Shown one piece after another: positions 57,215 to 64,000 of a stretch of 64,000 bases of DNA. Each line of letters begins with the position of its first letter. Position 1 is the stretch's first letter. The position numbers and the translations under genes are program-made. This DNA comes from Bacteriovoracaceae bacterium (lineage in GTDB: Bacteria > Bdellovibrionota > Bacteriovoracia > Bacteriovoracales > Bacteriovoracaceae), in the NCBI GenBank assembly GCA_048266825.1, contig JBLWYP010000007.1:89983-153982 (forward strand). The letters run 5' to 3'. The notes under the pieces are model-generated. The model searched no databases, was not told the origin of the DNA, and was given only the letters and a program-made list of their open reading frames with translations.

Positions 57215-58966
57215 TTATTCTTCTAGTTTCAGGTACTTCATATTATTGTAAATAAGATCACTATGACGATAATTATGAAGCTCTCCATGAAAGAGAACGT
57301 AGTTTCTTGAGTAATACTGCATAATCCACGGCATATCTTCAAATACAATATTTTCCATCTCAGACATAAGATCCCACTTACGTTGACCGTCAGGTAGGAA
57401 CTTTAATTCTTGAAAGAGTTTATCAAACTTAGGATTACTGTAATAAGTTACATTTGGGCCTGGGCTTCTATTCTTAGTGAGAAGAAGTTGTAAAACATTC
57501 TCAGCGTCAGGATAATCAAGAGTCCATCCATCTTGCCAAAATTGTAATTCACCAGCTTCTGCTTTCTTTAAGAAGTTAGGGAAAGTATTGGTCATTACAA
57601 TCGTCTTAATACCTAATTGCTTGAGTTGTGACTGAATGAATTCCCCTCTTTGACGATGAATCCCTGCTGTACCCCTTACGTCAAAGACGACAGGTGCAAG
57701 TCCTTTACCGTTAGGATAGCCGGCCTTAACCATATACTCTTTGGCCTTTTTTAGATCATAAGAGTAGGGCAGGACACTATTAGGATTATAGCCAGGTATT
57801 CCTGGAGGATAGATACTATTAGATTTTTGACCAATATTATTTGTGAATAACTCAATAAAGCGGTCGTAGTCGATAGCATAGGCTACGGCCATTCTGAGAT
57901 TCTTATTCTTTGCAAATACTGAGTCACGCATGTTGAATGAAAGCCACCAGTAAGTAAGCATGGGAAAGGCCTGCATCTTAATGTTTTTCTTTTGAAGTTC
58001 TTCTGTAAGAGTACCTTGAGGAGTGAGGGCCGTATCATAAATCTCTTTAGGGATATTTTGAAGGATATGAATTTTCTTACTTAGAAAGTTCAACCAGCGT
58101 GTTTGGCTTTCTTTCATAATTCGAAAATTAATTCCATCAAGAAAAGGTATCTTCTTTCCGGCATCTTTCAAAAGGCCACGACTGTGGGCGTAGCGATCAC
58201 CTTGAGTAGGATAAAAACTTTCATGGTAATCGGGATTTCTGATGAGTTGTACTCCAGAAAGGTGATTCCATTTCTTAAGCATAAAAGGACCTGTACCAAT
58301 GATCCTGTCATTCATCTTATTATCGTACTTAACCAGAGCCTCTTTGGGCATGGGTGCTGTGAAGCTCATGGCCAAAGCAGCATTCATTTGCGGGTAGGGC
58401 TCAACAAGGTCAATAATAAGAGTATGATCATCTGGTGTTTTGAGTCCTGAGATATCAGTTTTTAGAAAAAGTTCAAAGCTTGATCCTACTTTGTCTCTAA
58501 AATCATTGATGCCTTTGATTTTACCATCGAATAACCACCAGCCACTTGAAGCATTAGGGATAAACGCCAGTCTTTTTATTTGAGTAACAAAATCTTGGGC
58601 CTTAACAAATCTCTTCTTATCACTTGCCCCAAAAGCAGGATCTGGGTGATAAGGAATATTCTCTTTGATTTTTATAATATAGCGAAGTCCATTTTGCTCT
58701 ACCTTTGGTAGTGACTTCGCAATAAGGGGAACAATTGTATAGGGTCTTTTGAGGTAGTGGTATTCATAAAGAGGCTCTACACATTGATGAATCACTGCTG
58801 CAGATAGGGTGTCATAGCTAGTTGTCAGGTCTAGAGTTCTCACTTCACCAGAGAGTGGGTATTCAAGAATATTACCCTGACCTTTCTTCTTATCTTTGGA
58901 GCAAGATACTGCAAAGAGAGTTGTAATAATCAGAATATAGGAAAATAAATTCTTTTTTAAACCCAT
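57215..58966 (-). CDS. ABC transporter substrate-binding lipoprotein, family 5 (peptide/nickel type)
   Basis: 583 aa. Lipobox LFAVSC-SK. Overall length and motifs are typical of OppA/DppA-like SBP family 5. No cognate permease or ATPase genes nearby. Confidence 0.85.
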   Translation of the reverse strand: MGLKKNLFSYILIITTLFAVSCSKDKKKGQGNILEYPLSGEVRTLDLTTSYDTLSAAVIHQCVEPLYEYHYLKRPYTIVPLIAKSLPKVEQNGLRYIIKIKENIPYHPDPAFGASDKKRFVKAQDFVTQIKRLAFIPNASSGWWLFDGKIKGINDFRDKVGSSFELFLKTDISGLKTPDDHTLIIDLVEPYPQMNAALAMSFTAPMPKEALVKYDNKMNDRIIGTGPFMLKKWNHLSGVQLIRNPDYHESFYPTQGDRYAHSRGLLKDAGKKIPFLDGINFRIMKESQTRWLNFLSKKIHILQNIPKEIYDTALTPQGTLTEELQKKNIKMQAFPMLTYWWLSFNMRDSVFAKNKNLRMAVAYAIDYDRFIELFTNNIGQKSNSIYPPGIPGYNPNSVLPYSYDLKKAKEYMVKAGYPNGKGLAPVVFDVRGTAGIHRQRGEFIQSQLKQLGIKTIVMTNTFPNFLKKAEAGELQFWQDGWTLDYPDAENVLQLLLTKNRSPGPNVTYYSNPKFDKLFQELKFLPDGQRKWDLMSEMENIVFEDMPWIMQYYSRNYVLFHGELHNYRHSDLIYNNMKYLKLEE

Positions 58967-58974
58967 GGTTTATC

Positions 58975-61578
58975 CTAAAGCTGTTCAATGATTAAAGTCT
59001 TGGCCTTTGCAAGAAGAGGGGCTGTATCTGCAATATCGCCAGAGCCTTGGGCCATATCTGGACGGCCACCACCTCTACCATTAATTAAGGCAAGTACATC
59101 TCCTAGTATTTTATTACAAGGAAGCTTAATCTTCTTAGAGCATCGTAAAAGTACAGAGAGTTTACCTTTATTCTGTGACGTCAGCATTACGATTCCATTA
59201 GGATTCTTATCTAAGAAAAGATCACTCATTTTTCGAAGATCAGATCCTTCAGGAGTCTCAGAGAACTTAAAGAATATACCCTCTTTTATTTCTTCAGGAT
59301 TACTGAAGAGTTCATCAGATTTGGATGCTGTTAGTTTACCCTGTAGTTTTTGTATTTCTTTATTCGCTTTTTTCAACTCATCCTGTAGGGCCAATATCTT
59401 TTCAGATATATTGTCGGCCTTTGAAGATGTTTGAAGCTCAAGATCTCTTAAGAGATCACTTCTATTTTTTAAACGTTTAACAGCATTCTTTGATGTTGTT
59501 GCTTCAATACGTCTTACACCTGTACTTAAAGAAGATTCGGAAATGATTGTAAATAGCCCTATTTCACCAGTGTTAGTAACGTGAGTACCTCCACACAATT
59601 CAGTTGAAAAACCACCCATTTCTAAAACTCGTACTGAGTCACCATATTTCTCACCAAAAAGAGCAAGGGCTCCTCTTTTGAGAGCATCATCCATAGAAGT
59701 AATGGTTGCCTTAACAGCAACGGCTCTTTGTATTTCACGATTAACAAGCTCTTCAACTTGATCGAGCTCATCCTTAGTTAGGGCCTGCATATGGGTAAAA
59801 TCAAAGCGTAGTCGTTCTGGGTTTACCATGGAACCACTTTGTTTCACATGATCACCTAGAACTTCTATTAATGCAGATTGCAGTAAGTGAGTAGCTGAGT
59901 GATTTCTAGTTGTAAGGTTTCGATCTTCCGTATTGATTTCTAATTTATAAGATTTTCCAATTTCAAGTAGTGCCGCTTGCGTAGAATCTACAAAGTGTAC
60001 AAAGAGATCATCAACAGGCTTTTGAGTATCTAATACCTTTACTCTATGTTCACCTACTTGTACTTGTCCATTATCTCCAACTTGTCCTCCACCTTCTGCA
60101 TAGAATGGTGTTTGATCAAAAATTAAACCAGATCTTTCGCCAAGATCAATAATTTCTAATAGCTTGCTTGAAGAAGAGTGCGACTCATAACCTAGGAACT
60201 TTGTTTCTCCACACTTTTCTTTGGCCGTATGGAATACCTTATCGTCAAGATTGAGCGCGCCTTTCCAAGACTTTCTAGAGTCTTCTTTTCTTTCTTGCAT
60301 GGCCTTATCAAAACCTTCTGAATCAAGTTCAATAGATTTTTCTTTTAGAATAAGCTCCGTAAGATCAAGAGGGAATCCATATGTGTCATAGAGTTTGAAG
60401 GCAACTTTCCCATCAAAGATATTGTTTTTGACATCTTTCTTTAAAGACTCTTCTAAGTATTTCAGTCCAAGATCAAGTGTTTCTTGAAACTTGTCTTCTT
60501 CGAGTTTAAGAAACTTTACGGCCAAGGATTCATTGGCCATGTTTTGAGGATACTCGCCACCAAGTTCTTTAAGTACTGTTGGAGCCAGCTTTGCAAAACT
60601 TCCTTTAGGAGCTTCAAGATCTTTTAAGAAACGTACGGCCCTTCTAATTATTCTTCTAAGAACGTAGCCTCTTCCTTCATTTGATGGAATAACTCCATCA
60701 GTAATAAGCATAGTACATGATCGAATATGATCAGCGACAACTCTCATAGGAGTCGTGTATTTTTCGTTAGTATATGATTTACCTGTAAGTTCTTCTATTT
60801 CTTTAATGATAGGAGTGAAAGAATCTGTATCGTAATTCCAATATACACCTTGCATAACAGCTGCAATACGCTCAAGTCCCATTCCTGTATCGATAGATTT
60901 ATTAGGAAGTTCAGTTCTTCCTCCTTTTCCATCTTTTTCATATTGCATGAATACAAGATTCCAGACTTCGACATATCTCATTTCATCATCGAGAAGGTCT
61001 TGTCCTTCACCTGGAGTAAAGTTGGGGGTTGTATGTTCTTCACCATGATCATAGAAGATTTCAGAACATGGTCCACACGGCCCAGTGTCACCCATTTCCC
61101 AAAAGTTATCTTTATCACCTTTTTTGAATATTTTTTCTTTAGGAACACCAATATGTTTTTCCCAAAGTTCAAAAGCTTCATCATCTGAGTAGTGAACAGT
61201 TACGTATAGTTTCTCTGCAGGAATGAGGAGTTCTTTGGTTAGAAATTCCCATGCCATTTCGATGGCCTCTTTTTTGAAATAATCCCCGAAAGAAAAGTTT
61301 CCAAGCATTTCAAAGAAGGTGTGGTGTCGGGCCGTAAGTCCTACGTTTTCAAGGTCGTTATGTTTTCCACCAGCTCTCACTACCTTTTGGATAGTTGTAG
61401 CCCGGGTATATCCTGGTTTCATCTTGCCTGTGAATACATCTTTAAATTGATTCATTCCAGCGTTAGCGAAGAGGAGAGTTTCGTCATTTATAGGAACAAG
61501 GGGAGAAGATGAAACTTTCTCATGACCTCTATCTTTGTAAAATTCAGTAAATTTATTTCTAATTTCTTGTACTTTCAT
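58975..61578 (-). CDS. alaS: Alanine--tRNA ligase
   Basis: 867 aa. FANAGMNQFK, RHHTFFEMLGNFSFGDYFK, editing-domain HSATHLL, C-terminal GGGRPDMAQGSG. Confidence 0.97.
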   Translation of the reverse strand: MKVQEIRNKFTEFYKDRGHEKVSSSPLVPINDETLLFANAGMNQFKDVFTGKMKPGYTRATTIQKVVRAGGKHNDLENVGLTARHHTFFEMLGNFSFGDYFKKEAIEMAWEFLTKELLIPAEKLYVTVHYSDDEAFELWEKHIGVPKEKIFKKGDKDNFWEMGDTGPCGPCSEIFYDHGEEHTTPNFTPGEGQDLLDDEMRYVEVWNLVFMQYEKDGKGGRTELPNKSIDTGMGLERIAAVMQGVYWNYDTDSFTPIIKEIEELTGKSYTNEKYTTPMRVVADHIRSCTMLITDGVIPSNEGRGYVLRRIIRRAVRFLKDLEAPKGSFAKLAPTVLKELGGEYPQNMANESLAVKFLKLEEDKFQETLDLGLKYLEESLKKDVKNNIFDGKVAFKLYDTYGFPLDLTELILKEKSIELDSEGFDKAMQERKEDSRKSWKGALNLDDKVFHTAKEKCGETKFLGYESHSSSSKLLEIIDLGERSGLIFDQTPFYAEGGGQVGDNGQVQVGEHRVKVLDTQKPVDDLFVHFVDSTQAALLEIGKSYKLEINTEDRNLTTRNHSATHLLQSALIEVLGDHVKQSGSMVNPERLRFDFTHMQALTKDELDQVEELVNREIQRAVAVKATITSMDDALKRGALALFGEKYGDSVRVLEMGGFSTELCGGTHVTNTGEIGLFTIISESSLSTGVRRIEATTSKNAVKRLKNRSDLLRDLELQTSSKADNISEKILALQDELKKANKEIQKLQGKLTASKSDELFSNPEEIKEGIFFKFSETPEGSDLRKMSDLFLDKNPNGIVMLTSQNKGKLSVLLRCSKKIKLPCNKILGDVLALINGRGGGRPDMAQGSGDIADTAPLLAKAKTLIIEQL

Positions 61579-61725
61579 ACCTATCCAAAACCTTTAATTT
61601 TACGGGAACTTGTATACCTATTTTGTATAACACAAGACAGTAATAAAAGTAATGCTAAATACCCATGAAAGCTCTGCAAACACTTACAATTAGGTTGTTG
61701 AGAATAAACTAATGATTAGAAGAAG

Positions 61726-62280
61726 CTATGAATCTTCTGGATATTGCTCTGAGTAGATTTCATTGTAGAGTCTTGAAACATCACTTATGGAATATCCACG
61801 TGTGAGGCAATAGCGAAATACTTTTTCTCGAAGCTTTTGCTTATTTTTAACAAAGTCTCCATCAAGCCGTAGTTTCTTTTCAATGACCTCTCTTAGGAGA
61901 AGATCTGAATCAAGTCCAAGCGAGTTCATTATCTCTTCAATATATTCTTGTGTGGTGTGACATTGCTCTTGAGAAAGACGATAGAGGATCACATTTGCGG
62001 CATGACCTTTACGAATAAAGCCCTTGATTCGTGCTTCAATATAGAGGTCTTCTCTTAGATAGTTTTTATCTAAGAGTTTATCGATAACTTCTTTACTGAT
62101 TTCTGAGTCGTATCCTTTATCTCGAAGCTTCTGCTTCATTTTAAAGACAGAGTAATCTTTCTTTGCAAGTAATCGGATGGTGTAATTGAAGGCCTTCTTA
62201 AATAGTTTTGCCCGTCCCTCTTCGGAGTCGGGATCTATAGGAGATACATCTAGTGGTTCATATTCCATAAAGTAGGCCAA
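61726..62280 (-). CDS. recX: RecA regulator RecX
   Basis: 184 aa. RecX-like repeated three-helix pattern (LLAKKDYSVFKMKQKLRDKGYDSEISKEVIDKLLDKNYL...). Sits immediately downstream of recA. Start is ambiguous (TTG 62280 or ATG 62268). Confidence 0.82.
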   Translation of the reverse strand: MAYFMEYEPLDVSPIDPDSEEGRAKLFKKAFNYTIRLLAKKDYSVFKMKQKLRDKGYDSEISKEVIDKLLDKNYLREDLYIEARIKGFIRKGHAANVILYRLSQEQCHTTQEYIEEIMNSLGLDSDLLLREVIEKKLRLDGDFVKNKQKLREKVFRYCLTRGYSISDVSRLYNEIYSEQYPEDS

Positions 62281-62304
62281 AAAAAGGGGCTTATAAAAGC
62301 CCCC
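62279..62304 (-). terminator. Rho-independent terminator/attenuator between recA and recX
   Basis: Minus strand reads GGGGCTT, tttat loop, AAGCCCC, then a T7 run (complement of the A-run at 62279-62285). Confidence 0.7.
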
Positions 62305-62323
62305 TTAATTTAATTAAGTATGA

Positions 62324-63457
62324 TTATTGTACTGTTTTCTTAGGTTTCTTCCCTTTCTTAGGTGAAGGAGTAAACTCTTGCTCAATAATCTCACCTGTTT
62401 CAGGATCGATATTATCAGATGCAGCTTGTCCTTCTGGAAGATCAGCTAGGCCATACTTGGCAAGAACTTTAGTTTTAATCTCTTGTAGAATTTCAGGGTT
62501 TTCGCTTAGGTATGTTTTAGAGTTTTCACGCCCTTGACCGATTTTACCATTGTCGTAAGAGAACCATGCTCCCGCTTTTTCCACTATTCCATTTTGAACA
62601 GCAAGATCAAGTAGATCGCCTGTTTGTGAAATACCTAGTCCGTACATAATATCAAATTCGATAATTTTGAATGGAGGAGCTACCTTGTTCTTAACAACTT
62701 TAATCTTAGTACGGTTACCAATAACTTGATCACCATCTTTAATAGCACCCGTTCTTCTAATATCTAAACGAACAGAGGAGTAGAATTTAAGGGCGTTTCC
62801 ACCAGTAGTTGTTTCAGGGTTACCAAACATTACACCAATTTTCATACGAAGTTGGTTAATGAAGATTACAGTACAGTTTGAACGAGAAATTGAACCCGTT
62901 AGTTTTCTTAGGGCCTGAGACATAAGTCTTGCTTGAAGACCCATGTGTGAATCACCCATTTCACCTTCAAGTTCAGCTCTTGGAGTAAGGGCCGCAACCG
63001 AGTCAACAATAAGAAGATCAACTGCACCAGAACGTACAAGCATATCTGTAATTTCTAGGGCCTGCTCACCCGAGTCTGGTTGTGAAATAAGTGTGTTTGG
63101 AATATCAACACCGAGCTTTTCAGCATATACAGTATCAAGAGCATGCTCTGCATCGATGAAAGCTACTGTTCCACCTTGCTTTTGTGCTTCAGCTGCAATG
63201 TGAAGAGTAAGCGTTGTTTTACCTGAAGATTCTGGTCCATAAATTTCTATAATTCTTCCCTTAGGGATACCACCAATGCCAAGAGCAAGATCAAGACTTA
63301 GACAACCTGTAGGTATAGCAGGAATCTTAGGAGCTCCACCATCGTTATCAAGCTTCATGATTGCACCTTTTCCAAATTGTTTTTCAATTGTGGAAAGGGC
63401 CAGGTCTAGGGCCTTCTTTTTATTACCATCGTTTGAACTCGTTTTTGATACGGCCAT
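62324..63457 (-). CDS. recA: Recombinase RecA
   Basis: 377 aa. Walker [21 protein letters not shown]2 region [23 protein letters not shown] (complement of 63464-63468). Confidence 0.98.
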   Translation of the reverse strand: MAVSKTSSNDGNKKKALDLALSTIEKQFGKGAIMKLDNDGGAPKIPAIPTGCLSLDLALGIGGIPKGRIIEIYGPESSGKTTLTLHIAAEAQKQGGTVAFIDAEHALDTVYAEKLGVDIPNTLISQPDSGEQALEITDMLVRSGAVDLLIVDSVAALTPRAELEGEMGDSHMGLQARLMSQALRKLTGSISRSNCTVIFINQLRMKIGVMFGNPETTTGGNALKFYSSVRLDIRRTGAIKDGDQVIGNRTKIKVVKNKVAPPFKIIEFDIMYGLGISQTGDLLDLAVQNGIVEKAGAWFSYDNGKIGQGRENSKTYLSENPEILQEIKTKVLAKYGLADLPEGQAASDNIDPETGEIIEQEFTPSPKKGKKPKKTVQ

Positions 63458-63477
63458 TTTCGTCTCCTAAAGAAAAA

Positions 63478-63496
63478 TTAAGTTGTCCTAACTTAA
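63478..63496. promoter_or_regulatory. Inverted repeat just upstream of the recA RBS (candidate operator or 5'-UTR hairpin)
   Basis: TTAAGTT-gtcct-AACTTAA: perfect 7-bp arms with a 5-nt spacer, 10 nt upstream of the recA SD. Confidence 0.35.
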
Positions 63497-63693
63497 AATT
63501 GTGTTCGTGTGTTGTGCAGTAGTCTGAAAATATCATTTTCCACTCACATTGACACCTTTCAAGTCATAAAAAATCTCGAGAACTTTAGTGCAAATGGGGC
63601 TTTAGAGATTCCTCTAATAACTATCCAAAATAACTTGGTCCTGGGAGTAAGAGATCTTACTTATGACTATCAGGTGTTCAACTTAGATATAGT

Positions 63694-63714
63694 TTGTGCG
63701 TAAATTGTGCGTAA
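63694..63714. repeat. Tandem 10-bp direct repeat in the recA-upstream intergenic region
   Basis: TTGTGCGTAA (63694-63703), then a, then TTGTGCGTAA (63705-63714). The period is 11 bp. Confidence 0.6.
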
Positions 63715-63809
63715 GTCAAATAAAATATGGATTTATTTACGCTCTTTTAAAAATGGCATTTATAAATAATAATTGATTTGTTTATCAATCAAAAAATATT
63801 GGAGAGATT

Positions 63810-64000
63810 ATGAGACGTGTTGCGTTGATATTTAGTTTTTTAATTACGTTTAATAGCTATGCCCAAGTGACTTGGCTTGAAGCTAAGGAGTCAATGGGTT
63901 GTAGTGTAGAAGATGCGACGATTTCCCATTTATCGAACTTTTTGATGAAGCAGAAAATTTCAAGTGCTGTAGATGTACTCTTTGATAAAATTGGAATCAA
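63810..64000 (+). CDS. 5' end of a secreted hypothetical protein (runs off the window)
   Basis: ATG 63810 preceded by RBS GGAGAG (63801-63806). Signal peptide MRRVALIFSFLITFNSYAQ. Frame stays open to the window end. Confidence 0.5.
   Translation, partial: MRRVALIFSFLITFNSYAQVTWLEAKESMGCSVEDATISHLSNFLMKQKISSAVDVLFDKIGI

Noticed and set aside
58103-63470. Sense-looking ORFs on the + strand within the SBP gene, alaS and recA (58103..58450, 58988..59434, 60850..61188, 61321..61512, 62943..63203, 63276..63470).
   Set aside because: All are antisense to highly conserved genes (SBP, AlaRS, RecA) whose identity is unambiguous.
63509-63703. 64-aa ORF in the recA-upstream intergenic region.
   Set aside because: It has no RBS and a non-ATG-context start, and it spans the inverted and tandem repeats described above. 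More likely non-coding regulatory DNA, though a small protein cannot be excluded.
63458-63809. Search for a LexA/SOS box upstream of recA.
   Set aside because: No CTGT-n8-ACAG or TTAC-n3-GTAA match was found by eye. GTAAGAGATCTTAC has the half-sites in the opposite orientation (GTAA...TTAC), so I did not call it a LexA box.
1-64000. Scan for CRISPR arrays, tRNA/rRNA genes, transposases, integrases, phage genes, toxin-antitoxin pairs or defence-island-type genes.
   Set aside because: None recognised. I saw no regularly spaced repeats, no cloverleaf-like GC-rich intergenic segments, and no recombinase or nuclease-helicase clusters. The window looks like core chromosome.

Overview
Visibly AT-rich (not computed), gene-dense chromosomal segment with about 52 protein-coding genes. 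I found no rRNA, tRNA, CRISPR array, transposase or integrase. The content is mostly core housekeeping and envelope biogenesis and fits a low-GC Bdellovibrionota / delta-proteobacterial-type organism (inference from gene content and Myxococcus-like pil synteny, not from any search). In order: lepB; convergent mutS2; a divergent NFACT/RqcH-like gene; two unknown secreted/lipoproteins (266 and 1374 aa); a translationally coupled MoxR-DUF58-BatA-BatB/C-BatD operon running on into ribF and aroE. Then a near-complete type IVa pilus supercluster: pilB-pilT-pilC-pilA, a convergent TPR membrane protein, a PilH/PilI-like ABC transporter, pilD, pilMNOPQ and a TPR/acidic protein. After that: aroQ-efp-accB-accC; a cytoplasmic TPR protein coupled to tamB-like and bamA; rplM-rpsI; a divergent UvrA paralogue; a secreted protein, metzincin and AMIN-domain trio; lon. 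On the minus strand: rpoZ, an acyl-CoA ligase, small unknown genes, an orphan family-5 solute-binding lipoprotein, and alaS-recX-recA. I do not see a clear-cut novel multi-gene system such as a defence island. The observations most worth follow-up are: (1) back-to-back overlapping start codons of mutS2 and an RqcH-like gene; (2) a direct-repeat / perfect-palindrome / direct-repeat module in front of the MoxR-Bat operon; (3) a UvrA paralogue whose second ATPase site looks dead; (4) two adjacent secreted proteins sharing a C-terminal TM-plus-basic sorting-like tail; (5) a stand-alone histidine-kinase DHp-like mini-protein; (6) a symmetry-rich 352-bp region upstream of recA. All family calls come from motif recognition by eye and need HMM or structure confirmation.
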